A DNA stretch of 64,000 nt, from the NCBI GenBank assembly GCA_965112735.1, contig OZ218951.1, positions 5,642,001 through 5,706,000 of the forward strand, in the 5' to 3' direction. Below the pieces are notes generated by a model. It made no database searches. It had not been told where the DNA came from and worked only from the letters and a program-made list of their open reading frames with translations. Origin of the DNA: Phaeosaccion multiseriatum. Lineage: Eukaryota > Protista > Ochrophyta, other classes. The translations under genes and the position numbers were made by a program. Numbering within the stretch: the first letter of the stretch is position 1; every line of letters begins with the position of its first letter. Below are positions 27,101 through 39,157 of the stretch, piece by piece.

Positions 27101-27569
27101 TTGCGCGTCTGCTGCTGTCCCTGCTCTGCGGCCTCCTCCCAGCACAATCGGCTTCGGCCTTGCGTTGGCCCTCTCTACAACGCCTCCCCGCAGCCCTGGT
27201 ACGGCAACACCTCCCTTCACCCCCGTCCCCGCCCCTCCCCCCCCACCACCCCCACCAGCCGGATGGAGAGTTTCTCCCCCATCCGCGTCCCGGGATTGCT
27301 GAGGGGCTGACGAAAGCGCCTGGCCTCTCCCCTTCTCTGCCGGCAGTACGCTTTTTACCACCGGAGGCTGAGAGACAGACAGTCATTATTGAAGGGAAGA
27401 GAAAAATAAGAAAGAGGGGAGGGGGTGCGAGGAGAGGTGAGGCGAAATCCAGGATAGTACCAAGGATCTAAAAACGCTGTACCTTGGCTCTGACCACTTT
27501 GACCGTTGGCCGCTGTCTTTGCTTCAGAAACACGTCCTGCATCTGCATAAGCTCATCGTCCTCCTCCAT
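21213..27569 (-). CDS. RPAP1: RNA polymerase II-associated protein 1 (RPAP1/Rba50-like); multi-exon
   Basis: 'MEEDDELMQMQDVFL'; RPAP1_N-like 'LAAMSEQDILEAQRELAARLSPALLDTLRSR'; RPAP1_C-like 'LYHHSGQQRHEPGYT-ELLELCRSSVTGQRQVGL'; 'LRICLDDSS'; 'DPVRGLLGLSLLPRLKYLL'. Confidence 0.85.
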
Positions 27570-28155
27570 ACCAAGCAAAGCAACCTCTGGGGGGCTGAGG
27601 CTTGAGGGGACCGGGTTCTTCCGCTTCCGCAAGTACGAAAAAAAGAGTGAATTTGAGTTCCACATGGAGAGGAGGCGTTTTTTTCAACTTCTGAATTGCT
27701 GACCGACAACCACAACCTCATCAGCAGACTTTGCTCATACCTCCTTTGCTCCAGCAGCGGCGACGGAGCCAAACGGTGGAAGTGATCTCAGGATTATCCA
27801 GCACACTATACGTCACTAGGGAGCGATTCTACCCGCTGTGTTGACAAAAGGGAGGGAGCAGCAAGAAGGGTCAAGGCAGGCACAGGGAAACGGAGGAGCG
27901 CAGAGCATACCGGAAACTGACATTAGAGGTTCACGCGCAGAGAATCAAGTCGTCCCCGCTTCATGCTGCCTGTGCTCTTTGTACAACAAGCACGCGGCAT
28001 CAGTCTGTCGTGCGAACGTGCAAGCACGAGCGGTAAACTCCAGCGCTGTATAGGGGGTGGTCTGGGGGAGGGGGTATTGCTACTGACTGAACTCAGTTCC
28101 CACCACCAAGGTCACCACGGCGCCCTCACGACAGCCGAGGGAGGGTTGGAACCTG

Positions 28156-29640
28156 ATGCGGATTATGAATGGGAGTAAGCGCTCGCCGTGCGCTGGCTCC
28201 GAGGTGCAAAGCCCTCCTGCGCCTCCTGTAAAGTCACCGGTGGATGGGCACAAAAAGTGGGTGCGGCTGGAGACGGATGGCATGTCGCCAAGCCCCAGGT
28301 CGGGGCATGACGTGGTGGTTATTGATGGCAAGGCGTACTTATTCGGTGGTTGCGGGGGGGAGCAGGACCAAATTACATGCTTGAACGACGTCTTTGTCTT
28401 CGATCTGACTCTGCACCGATGGGCCAAAGTGGCCGTGAAGGGCGACATACCTCTACCGCGAGCAAGCTTTGGCATGTGCGGGGGGCCAACTCCGAACACA
28501 CTTATTGTGGCAGGAGGGACGGGGGTGGAGATGGACAGTTTACGAGCTGACGTGGTCCAATACGATACCAAGTCGCGGACATGGACCAAGGTGCTCACCG
28601 ATTCCGAGGAGACACCCTGCAAGTTCTATGGGCAGAGCGTCTGCACCTACAAGGATACTCTACTTCTGTTTGGAGGAAGCACTGGCTTGCACTATTCCAA
28701 TGAGCTATATGAGTACAACATGCGAACGAACCGCTGGAAGAAGCTTGTGACAAAGGGGGTCAAGCCCAGTCCGAGGTACAAGCACCAGACCGTAGTGGTG
28801 GGCCACAACATGTATGTGTTGGGCGGGGGCTGCTTCAAGCCTGAGCAGAGCACCATCGACCTGTACTGCTTGAACCTGCTGACCAAGATGTGGACGACGC
28901 CTGTAATGGAGGGGGATATTCCCAAGGCGCGAGTGGCGCACAGCTGCAGCTACGACGAGGAGGCGGAGACCATCTACCTGTGGGGGGGCTTCACTAGCGA
29001 ACTGTCCCGACTACAAGACTTCTACGCCTTCCATTGCCCCACCGCTACGTGGTTTGCTGTGGGATCGGAGCTGCAAACAGCAAGCGAAGCCACCACCACA
29101 CGTACCAATGGAGGAAGGAACAGCAGCAGCAGCAGCAGCAGCAGCTCCGACAGCAACTCCAACAACAGCAGCCCCGGCAGCAGCAACAGCAGTGGCAGGA
29201 GCAACGCGCCGACTGAAACGGCCACCGCGAATGAGAACGACAAGCAGCTCCCGCCCGCCAGGGCCTTCCACAGTGCCGTCTTCCACGACGGCTCTCTCTA
29301 CGTGTTTAGTGGAGCGAACGGCGACGTAAGGTACAGTGATGTATGGAGATATCGCGTGCGGAGCTCACCGCCAAGCTTGACCATGTTAGCGGCACACGCA
29401 CTAAAGCGAGACGGTCGCGTGACCGACAAGGAAGGCGCGAAAGTGGGGCTATCGAAGGAGGTCGTGGAGGTAGTGATGGCACCCGCGCACGCCGGGAGGG
29501 CGACACGTGTCACGGGTCGGGGGCGAGAAGCAGTGGAGTGCAGCCCCCCCGCGTGGAAAAAGAGCTTGGAAGTGGTGCTTCCACAGGAGCTGCTGTACGG
29601 GGTGAGCAACATGAACGCGTATGCAGAGAGGTTATGCTGA
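28156..29640 (+). CDS. Kelch-repeat protein (KLHDC10/KLHDC3-like) with C-terminal BC-box-like motif, copy 1; intronless
   Basis: Six Kelch blades (PSPRSGH...YLFGG, LLLFGG, PSPRYKHQ...YVLGG, RVAH...YLWGG, ARAFHSA...YVFSG); 'PPSLTMLAAHAL...LPQELL'. Confidence 0.85.
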   Translation: MRIMNGSKRSPCAGSEVQSPPAPPVKSPVDGHKKWVRLETDGMSPSPRSGHDVVVIDGKAYLFGGCGGEQDQITCLNDVFVFDLTLHRWAKVAVKGDIPLPRASFGMCGGPTPNTLIVAGGTGVEMDSLRADVVQYDTKSRTWTKVLTDSEETPCKFYGQSVCTYKDTLLLFGGSTGLHYSNELYEYNMRTNRWKKLVTKGVKPSPRYKHQTVVVGHNMYVLGGGCFKPEQSTIDLYCLNLLTKMWTTPVMEGDIPKARVAHSCSYDEEAETIYLWGGFTSELSRLQDFYAFHCPTATWFAVGSELQTASEATTTRTNGGRNSSSSSSSSSDSNSNNSSPGSSNSSGRSNAPTETATANENDKQLPPARAFHSAVFHDGSLYVFSGANGDVRYSDVWRYRVRSSPPSLTMLAAHALKRDGRVTDKEGAKVGLSKEVVEVVMAPAHAGRATRVTGRGREAVECSPPAWKKSLEVVLPQELLYGVSNMNAYAERLC

Positions 29641-30247
29641 GGGGGTGCGCAGAGGAGGCGAGTGAGTTCCTCTTGATAGGACTACAGATGTACAGAACTA
29701 AAGCAGGGGTGCGTAGGGGAGTAGTAAGGCTGTAGAGGGAGCATTACGTAGCAGGAAGGGGGGGCGGGGGGGGGGGTACAGGGTAGACGAGGAGTAGGAA
29801 GGGAGGGACGAAGAAAGGAAGAGAGGGAGGGAGGGAGGGAGGAAGGAAAGCGTGCCTCTCTTTGGATTGGGAGGTGCGAATATTTGTGCTATTTGTTCTA
29901 TATGTTGCGCACACAAACAAGCAAGAGTTTGTGGGTGAGTGTGTACGCCATGTGCCGCCCTTGGGCGCTACTGCACGGTAAACCTCATCCCGTCCGTATG
30001 TATGGGGCTCTCTGTCTGAGCGTGTTGTGTGTGCTTGGTTGGAAACGTGTGAAATGTGTTAAAATTAAGTAGTGTGGTTGGAAGTGCGTCAATAGTATTG
30101 TGAAGAGGATAGAATAAAAGTGATCCAGTAATACATCTTGCTACAATAAAAAACTCTCAATGGCTTGCGTTCGCTCCTCTTGGGGCCTGCCAATCCAATG
30201 ACTTTCCTCCACTCCTCATGTGTAAGTGTGTGAGTGAATGAGCGAAT

Positions 30248-30548
30248 GAGTGAGTGAGTGAGTGAGTGAGCGAGTGAGTGAGTGAGTGAGAGAGAGTGAG
30301 TGAGTGAGTGAGTGAGTGAGTGAGTGAGTGAGTGAGTGAGTGAGTGAGTGAGTGAGTGAGTGAGTGAGTGAGTGAGTGAGTGAGTGAGTGAGTGAGTGAG
30401 TGAGTGAGTGAGTGAGTGAGTGAGTGAGTGAGTGAGTGAGTGAGTGAGTGAGTGAGTGAGTGAGTGAGTGAGTGAGTGAGTGAGTGAGTGAGTGAGTGAG
30501 TGAGTGAGTGAGTGAGTGAGTGAGTGAGTGACTGAGTGACTGAGTGAG
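30248..30548. repeat. (GAGT)n tetranucleotide microsatellite
   Basis: About 300 bp of nearly perfect GAGT array between the Kelch paralogs. Confidence 0.97.
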
Positions 30549-31391
30549 CTATTTCCGCCCAGCCAGCGGATAACCTTGTTCTCCATCTCCCTCCCTCCCT
30601 CCCTCCCTCCCTCCCTCCCCCTCTCCCCCCCCTGCCTGCTCGGTCCTGCAGGGTGTGAGAGAGAAAGAGGAGAGGACGGAGGGAGAGTCAGAGCGCGAAG
30701 GGAAACCATGGGGGTATAAAGGGAAACGGGAGGGGAAAACCGGCTCAACCTTGGCCCATAAGCCTCCAAATTATGAAACGATACTTTATCCGATGGCGGG
30801 CCACGAGATAAATCCTAACGTGCAGAAGCCTTTGCAGCGAAATTGGAGGCCCGAGATCGCTGCTGCGTACGAGGGAGGATAGGTGTTGCTAGGGGGTATC
30901 ACGGGGAAGAAAGAGCGAGCATCTCGCCATTTGCGCGGATGAGGGACATACGAGAATAGCCAGCACCTCAGACAACAATCGACCTGCACCAACTCGTGTG
31001 TGAGGAGGATACACGGTGTGCGGAAGCGCAAGCGGGAATATAGCAACAGCAGCAGGCCGAGTAGCAGCAGCGGTGGCAGCAGCAGATAGACGGTAGAATT
31101 TCCAATTGGTCGCTTGAAGTGCTTAGGGAGGTGCCGGTGACGGAAGGGTGAGGGCAGACTCGGGGCAAGGCATTGCAGTAGAGTAGCAGCAGCAAGCAGC
31201 GCGCCTCCGTGGGTGCAGCGGTTCCGTGGGAATTACGGGTCTGCCACGCAACAAGCAGCAGTAGCGGGGGCGGCGGCCGCGGCGGCGGCGAGACTGGGAA
31301 GGGGGGAGTGGGTGTTGGAGCGACATCGTGAGTGGGGGGGCTGTGGGGCTGGAAGGAAGGTGGTCGGGGTGCAAAGACAGGCAGAGCAGCC

Positions 31392-32834
31392 ATGTCGATG
31401 TCACCAAGGCGAAACTCCGCCCCTCTGTGCAATGGGGGCACCACTAGAGGGATGCGAGCGCGGCTGCGGCAGCACTGCGCCCTCCCCCGCTGCTTTAACA
31501 AGGCCGGCGACAGCTCCTCTGAGGTTGCCCCGACCTCAACAGCAAAGGGCAAGAGCGACGAGAGCTACGATCACCAAAGATGGGTGCGGCTGGACACCAG
31601 CGGCACATCTCCCTCGCCTCGGTCCGGGCATGACGTGGTGGTGATCAATCAGACGGCATATCTGTTCGGCGGGTGTGGCGGGGGGGAGGGGGATACTGTG
31701 GGCTGTCTGAACGACATTTACGCCTTCGATATGCAGACTCACCACTGGAGAAAGGTCAAAAACATCCAGGGGGAGGAGGCGAGCGCGCGGGCGAGCTTCG
31801 GCATGTGCGCGGGGCCCACGCCGGGGACCTTTGTGGTGGTGGGGGGCACGGGCGTTGAGATGGACTCGCTGCGGGAGGACGTGATGGAGTATGATGTGCG
31901 GTCAAGGACCTGGCGGAAGATCGCCAGCGAGCAGGACACGCCGTGCCAGTTCTACGGGCAGAGCGTGTGCAAGTACAACGACAAGCTGCTGCTCTTCGGC
32001 GGGAGCACGGGCCTTCAATACACCAACGACCTCTACGAGTTCAACGTCAGGGCCAACATTTGGAAGAAGGTGCCCACCACGGGCCGCAAGCCCAGCCCAC
32101 GCTACAAGCACCAAGCCATCATCATCGGGACAAAGATGTACGTGTTCGGCGGTGGCTGCTTCAAGCCGGAGCAGTGCGATCTGGACATGTTTATACTTGA
32201 CCTCACCACGAGAGAATGGGTGGAGCCCGAGTGCTTTGGCGAGATTCCCATTGCGAGGGTGGCTCACACGGCCACCTACGACCCCGTCCAGAACAAGGTG
32301 TATCTGTGGGGAGGTTTCACGGGCGAGCTCAGCCGTCTGCAGGACTTCTTCGTGCTGGATGTGGATACGCTGGTGTGGAGGCAGGTGGAGATGCCCAGGG
32401 GGGCTGCCACCAAAGGCGGGGGTGGGGGTGCGGGTGGTTCGAGCAATCTCATGGGTGCTGAGGCGGGAGCGGGAGGAACGGGAGGGGAGGCAGGCGCGGG
32501 AGCAGCAGGAGCAGCAGGGGCAGCAGGGGCAGCAGGGGCAGCAGGGTCGGGTGCGGTTACGGCCGCCGTCGTGCCTCCTGCGAGGGCTTTCCACAGTGCC
32601 CTCTTCCACGAAGGAGCTCTGTATGTCTTCTCAGGGGCCAACGGAGATGTGCGATACAATGACGTGTGGCGGTATGAGGTGAGGGCGACTCCTCCCACGC
32701 TGGCTCTACTCGCTGCTCGACACCTCAAGGACAATGATCCTGCGGGACTGCTGGAGAAGGCCGGGGTGTTGCCGCCGGAGATCTTTGAGTCCGTGCGTTT
32801 CATGAACAACGACGCCAAGAGGTTATGTTTCTGA
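31392..32834 (+). CDS. Kelch-repeat protein with BC-box-like motif, copy 2; intronless
   Basis: Colinear paralog of 28156-29640; 'PPTLALLAARHL...LPPEIF'. Confidence 0.85.
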   Translation: MSMSPRRNSAPLCNGGTTRGMRARLRQHCALPRCFNKAGDSSSEVAPTSTAKGKSDESYDHQRWVRLDTSGTSPSPRSGHDVVVINQTAYLFGGCGGGEGDTVGCLNDIYAFDMQTHHWRKVKNIQGEEASARASFGMCAGPTPGTFVVVGGTGVEMDSLREDVMEYDVRSRTWRKIASEQDTPCQFYGQSVCKYNDKLLLFGGSTGLQYTNDLYEFNVRANIWKKVPTTGRKPSPRYKHQAIIIGTKMYVFGGGCFKPEQCDLDMFILDLTTREWVEPECFGEIPIARVAHTATYDPVQNKVYLWGGFTGELSRLQDFFVLDVDTLVWRQVEMPRGAATKGGGGGAGGSSNLMGAEAGAGGTGGEAGAGAAGAAGAAGAAGAAGSGAVTAAVVPPARAFHSALFHEGALYVFSGANGDVRYNDVWRYEVRATPPTLALLAARHLKDNDPAGLLEKAGVLPPEIFESVRFMNNDAKRLCF

Positions 32835-33096
32835 GCACTCCTTGTCAAGTGCTTCTGATACATAGAGGAGGAGGAGGAGGAGGAGAGAGGGGGGGATAGA
32901 ACGTAAGCCCTTCCCCTGAAGGTTGTCCATATGCGGTTAATGTCGAGTTTTATGTCGTAGCAATTTAGGAGTAAGAGTAGGCGGAAAGAGGAGAGTCTTC
33001 AGGCGGGCAGAAGGCCATCCGGAGGGGCAATTTCATCTCAGCTTTCACGCCAACAAGTAGTACAGTTTTATAATATACACACTTCCCCCCGCCTCC

Positions 33097-33926
33097 TTAG
33101 GCGTAATGTACAGCACCGCTCCGCTGCTGCTGCGGCTGCTGCTTGGCATAAAACAGCATGTAGGCGTGGCTGTTGAGCACGTCATGGTCCCTTACGGGCT
33201 CCACATGCTCGTCAGAAGCTAACACCCACTGCCCCGGCTCCTGTCCCTGCCCATATGACTGCTCCTGCCCCTGCCCCTCGACTCGGAACCCGCCCCCCCC
33301 TGTAGTAGAGGAGGAGGGCGGCGGAGCGGAGGGCAGACGCCGATACGTGACGTAATGCCCGCCTTGCGCCGTTCCCTCGTGGCTCACAACTGCCTGCAGA
33401 TCGTACATATAACCGTCGCTGCCGCTGCTGCCGCTGGTGCTGTCGCTGGTACTGCCGCTGCTGCTGCTGTCGAGGATGCTACTACCCTCCTCGTCTGCAT
33501 GAAAGCCCTCGCCATTGGCTGCCATCTTGCCGTCCTCTGCCGGCATCATAACGTGGTGCTTCCTCCCCGCCTGCTGGTACCCGTCTCCCTCAGTCGTCCC
33601 CTCCATGCTCTCCCCCCCATCTCTCGGACTGCTAATCGGCGATGTGTCCGTAGTGCTGATGGCGGGACTCCCCGACCCCCCCGCCCCATCTCCCCCTGCC
33701 CGAGTTCGGGCCCCTTCCATACACCGTCCTGCTTCCTCCGCCACCCCCCTGCCGCGGCAGTCAAAGCCGCCCTCTGCCGACAAGCTCTCGCTGGCCCTTC
33801 CCCCGTAGCCGCAGTAGCGAGACAAGTCCAGCTTGAAGGGGAAGCTCACGTGTTGGTTGAGCTTTTGCACGGCACCGCCGAAGCAGCAGAAGCGGCAGAA
33901 GTGCAAGCACAGAGCGGAAGGGGCCC

Positions 33927-33959
<33 letters not shown>

Positions 33960-35036
33960 GCGTGCGTGCGTATTTCGAGTCAGAGAAAGACACGGACGGA
34001 GAGAGAGAGGGGAAGGGAAGGCAACAAAGAATGCACGCACACGCACAGACCCCACCACCAATCCACCCACCCATGCACGCACGCACACACGCACGCACAC
34101 ACGCACGCACACACGCACGCACGCACCTAGCGAGGAGCAGCATCTTGTCTGCGTCAGCCTTGTGCGTGTGGCGCTGCCACTCTTCGCTGCTGTTGAAGCC
34201 CGCCTGCAGCTCCGACAGCTCCGTTTCCAACTCCCTTAGCTGCCGCTTCAGCACTGCGTGTGCCTGGGCCGCTCGGCCTTTGTCGATGATGGCCTGAATC
34301 TCACTCCGCTTCCCCTCGAGCTCTCTGTACCTGTGGAAGGAAGAAGGAAGAGGGAATAAGGAATAGGGAAGAGGAAGAAGCAGGGAGGGGATGACAGAGG
34401 CAGTGTGACGCATCAATCAGCAGAGGCCCATGCAACGCATGTAACGCATGTAACGCATGTAACGCCAGGCGAGGTCGCGTCGCATAGCGAGAGCCCCGCC
34501 CTTGCCGTTGCCGTAGCCATGCACTTTGCCCTGCCCACCCTACCTCCTTGTTGTCTCTCTCGTCCTCCTCTCCTCTTCACTCTCCCGCCTGTCGGCCGCT
34601 ACCCACCCACTCACCCACCCACCCACCCACCAGCCCTCCCGAGCCTGACGCACCTGTCCATGAGTGGACACATGTCGCAGTCGACTTTCTCAACCGTCTC
34701 CATGTCCGTAAACATCTTAAGACACGTGTGCAAATTCATCTTGCCCGCCCCCACAAAAGGCGGCGGCAGGGGCAGCGACACATCCACAAAAGGCGTGACA
34801 TTTGTAGCCCGCTTGTCTCCACACTGGCGACATTGAAGACTGTTGGCGAAGAGGCCATACAGAGGGTTGAGAGTACGTGGGTGTAGGGAGGGGCCAAACG
34901 AGGACCCGGCTCCTGACACTGCGACTCCGGACACGACTCCCGACATGAGTCCTGCCCCTGACCGATGCAATGCCGCTGTCGCTCCAGAGGAGGATGAGGA
35001 TGATGATACTGATGGTGATGATGATGGTGATGATAG

Positions 35037-35074
<38 letters not shown>

Positions 35075-36150
35075 GCTGCCTCTCCTCCTCCGCTCTCTTT
35101 AGAAGCCGCTGCCCGTGGTCGCCCCCCATGGCTGCCAGCCCGAATGCCCTGTTCTCTCTTGCCTCTCTCGCTGCCGCCTCCTCGAAACCCACAATACAGA
35201 TCATGAGCTGAAACGCCTCCTCCGCGTCGTGCTGCCCCATCCCCCTGTACCGCCCATCGTTTCTCTGCAGAAGGCGGTGCAGAAGCGAGGGGTCGTGGGG
35301 CCGCAACGACGAGGCGGAGGAGGAGCCCGAACCAGAGCCGGGCCCCATGGCCAAAAAGTTGGTACGCAGGGAGCTGAGGAGTGTGCTGCTGGAGAGCCCC
35401 TCCTCAAGCTCACTTGGCTGCAGCGACTCCAGACAGCGCAGAAACTGCACAGATGGCACCAGAAGGGCACCACAGAGAGGGGCAAAAAGCAAACAGGGGA
35501 GGAGAGGAGAGGGGAGGGGCGAGGGAGAGGAGCCAAAGAGAGAGAGGAGCCAAAGAGAGAGGGGAGAGGGTGAGAAAGGACATTTCGAGTTCGAGCAGGA
35601 AGCAGCACCCGTGCCGTGCGCGAGGTGTGCAGCACAGAGCAAAGCTCCCTTGTCCTTGCGTTGTCCCTCTCACTTCTCGTAGTGTGGTTGTCTCTCTGGG
35701 AAAAGAAAGCCCCCCCGAATACAGTGCCATACAGTGCCATCCCACCCACCTCGAAGGTGAAAGGCTTGTCGGTCTTGGTGGGCTTCAGCTCGCTCAGGTA
35801 CGACACGAAGGACGGGAGGGCCGCCAGCGATTGCAGGATGCTGTTGAAGAAGCAACTGTTGCCGATGTTCCTCAGCCCGCGCACCGTGCAGGCAGGAGTC
35901 CGAGGGCCCGCTCCTGCCCCTGCCCCCGCTGCGGGCGTTGTGTGATCGCGGAGGCACCGGTTTGCGAAGAACAAGGCCGCAAGAGTGGTGGCGGTACCAC
36001 CAACGGCGGTGGCGATATTGACGCCCGTGACACTGCTTGAGCCCCCTGGGGCGCCGCCCAGGAGCCCCCCACCCCCTCCTCGCTGGGACGCAGTATGCGG
36101 GGCCCGCACATTGCCGCTGTGGCTGCATTGCCTGCTGTGGCTATGGCTAC

Positions 36151-36182
<32 letters not shown>

Positions 36183-36313
36183 CTGCTACTGCTGTTGCTG
36201 ATCCTGCGGCTGCTCACGGGTGGGGAGGCACGCGTTGAGGTTGAGGCGGACCTCCTCCTCGACCTCTGGAAAACGCCTAAGCCGCCACGGGGCCGGGGTA
36301 TTTTTGGCGGCAT
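33097..36313 (-). CDS. Ubiquitin-specific protease (C19; USP30/UBP27-like); multi-exon
   Basis: Cys box 'GLRNIGNSCFFNSILQSL', 'QHDAEEAF', zinc-finger CxxC pairs, 'KLNQHVSFP', His box 'YDLQAVVSHEG..GGHYVTYR', 'WVLASDEHV', 'AYMLFY'. Confidence 0.9.
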
Positions 36314-36959
36314 CTTCCAATACCCCAAACCAGCACTACTCCTCTTCTCTGTGGGTCAAAAGCGAAAAGGAGGGCGGAACGAGAGCTAAGCGAAGAGACA
36401 AAGCCAGAGGGTGGGGACATAGTTGAGCGTTTCACCTGACAAAAGAGACGCAACTTAAGATCACCCCACAATGCACTACTCTCCTCCTGCCCCGACATGC
36501 CGCTGCGCCAATCGGGCAGGACAGGAGGACGCGGGCTTTCTACGAAAAGCATGCACCTCCCTCCTCAACGTGCGGCACCTCCGCCTTTCTCTCTGCTGCC
36601 GCCTCCTACCCCTCCCAGCACCCTTTCCTTCTACAGGAAGCCCTTCTGTTCCACGTAAACTCTTGCCTGCTTCTTCCGCTCCTTCCCTCACCTATTCACA
36701 GCACAGCCCCTCTCCCCCTCCTCCTCCACGCCCCTTTTCCGCGCTCGCCTTTTGCTGGTTGGACCACCAGCGCGGCAGGGCAGGATCAACGAGTGGGCAG
36801 CTTACGGTGACTCACACAGGAAACAGGACGGGAAGAGGATTCAGCGTTGTCGGAGTGGAGAGAGGGAGGGGAGGAAGAGTGGGGGATGGAAGAGCAAGGG
36901 ATTGCCATCCATTGCCATCCATTGCCCCCGCGGTGCCTCTCTCTCTCTCAAAAGTAACG

Positions 36960-37386
36960 ATGTCGACACGAATTTTGGCCCTGCAGGGCCTTCGAGGCGC
37001 AGCGTGCGTCGTGGGGGCGGCAGTGGCGGCTTCGACAAAGGGGGGCAGCGCCAGCGTCGGCGTCGGCGGCACGAGCAATGGCAATGGCAATGCGAGAGTG
37101 AGACGACGCGCGGGAGAAGCTAATGCTGGGGCAGCAGCGTGGGGGGGGAGAGCGTGGAGGGGGGGGGGCGTGGTGCGCTGTGAGGGGAACGAAGCAGCGG
37201 CAAAAGGGGGGGAAGACGCGCCTTCTTTCCGAGACAGCGTAGTTGGGTCGTACGAAAATCGCATCCGCAATTTTTCACCCCCCGAGCGTGTGTTTGAGTA
37301 TTACGCAAGCGTGGAGAAGGACGGGGTCTTCTTCATGACCCCGAACGACTTTGCGAGGTCCATCACCCCCTTTAGGTAGGGTCTCT

Positions 37387-37469
<83 letters not shown>

Positions 37470-38710
37470 TTGCCTTTCCTCTCTCCACTATGCCCTGTTG
37501 CGAAACCCTGAAAAGGGAGAGATGGCGCCCACTGCAAGCTCTTGTATGCCTGCCTCAAAGCGTCCTTATCCCCTGCCGCAGCAGCCACTCAAGCCATAGC
37601 CTGACCCCTGACTCTACCCCCCTCCCCAACACACATCCCGACACAGCAACAAGGCGGGAGACGAGGTGGGCAGCAAGAACTTCAAATACAATTGGCAGGC
37701 GCGCAACAGACACCCCTCGCAGCCGCAGAAGGACGAGTACAAGGCGCTCCTCGCCAAGGTGCGCCGCCCTCACCGATCAGATGGCACTAGAAGAGGCCCT
37801 CGTCGGTACTGAACAGGCCTTTGTCGGATCGATCAGATATGATAGATAAACAGCAGAGGGAGCACGCTCCCCCGTCTCCCTCTTTCTGCCCAGCTCTGAT
37901 TTCCCCTGCGCGTTTGCCTCTGCTCTGCCCATACGCCTCTACCCCATCTCCTGTCACCTCTGCCCATATGCCTCTACCCTGCCCATGTGGCTCTGCCCTA
38001 CCTCCCCCCCCCCCGCCCTGACTTACTGCACTCCTCAAAGGTGCTCTCGGACTCCAAGGTGACTGCCGACGAGCTCAAGCAGGTGCTGCGTGCCCGAGAG
38101 GACTTGGGTATCACATCGGAGGCCCATTTAGAGGCACTTCGGCAGCTGGACGTGTCTGCTGTGTACTTTGAGGAGCTCTGTGAGGCCAAGGGTGAGTGAG
38201 TGCTACTTTCGTAAGGCACACGTAACTAAGAGCATAGGAAGGCTTCCACTTCTCAGCTTGACGGAATGCAAAGGTTGAGTGAGTGACTGCCTGAGTGTCC
38301 ACGTATGTGACTGGCCGACTGGATGGTTGACCACCAGCCCCCGAAGCTGATGAGAGAGAGATGACTGTGACAGCAGTGGAGGCGCGGGGGCGACCGACCA
38401 CACGGCGGAGGAAAGGGGAAAGGGGAACCGAAGGGTGAGGTGTACCGAGCACCTGCTGCCCTCCCAAGTCCGCCCTGGCCCATATGCCTACCCCTGCCAA
38501 GTGTAAACAACGCCCCTGCCCCGGCCCCTGCCCCTGCCCCATGCAATTCCCCAGGCGGGCTGACCCGCAGCCACTTCTTCTCCCTCGTGGACCTTGACGG
38601 GGATGGCGTGCTGTCCTTCGAGGAATACATTCTGTTCCGCACGCTGCTGGCCCTGCCGCTGAGCCGCCTTGGGATGGCCTTCCACATGTTCGATAGGGAC
38701 GACAGCGGCA

Positions 38711-38763
<53 letters not shown>

Positions 38764-39115
38764 TGTGTGTGTGTGAGAGAGTGTGTGCTCCTTCCTCCCC
38801 TCCCACAGAAGCATGCGACATGGACCTGTAGATTCACACTGTTTGGGTTTTTGAAAAGTCTTAAAACTGAGACTGAAACTCCTCCCCCCTCCCCTCCCCC
38901 CTCCCCCGTGTACCCACCTTTCAGATCGATGAGCACGAATTCTCGCAGCTCATGGCGGCGATGCGAGGGAGGACAAACGCGGGGGGGAAGGGGGCAAAGT
39001 CCAAGGAGGGAGGCCGGGGGGGCGGGCAGCAGCTGGACATAGGGGGAGGGGGCATCAACAAGTGAGTTCCTGCAAGTGGCTGCCTTTTCTTCCTCTTCAG
39101 AGGATATACATATAT

Positions 39116-39157
<42 letters not shown>

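Noticed and set aside
30089-30769. 226-aa (SLTH)n ORF
   Set aside because: Translation of the (GAGT)n microsatellite.
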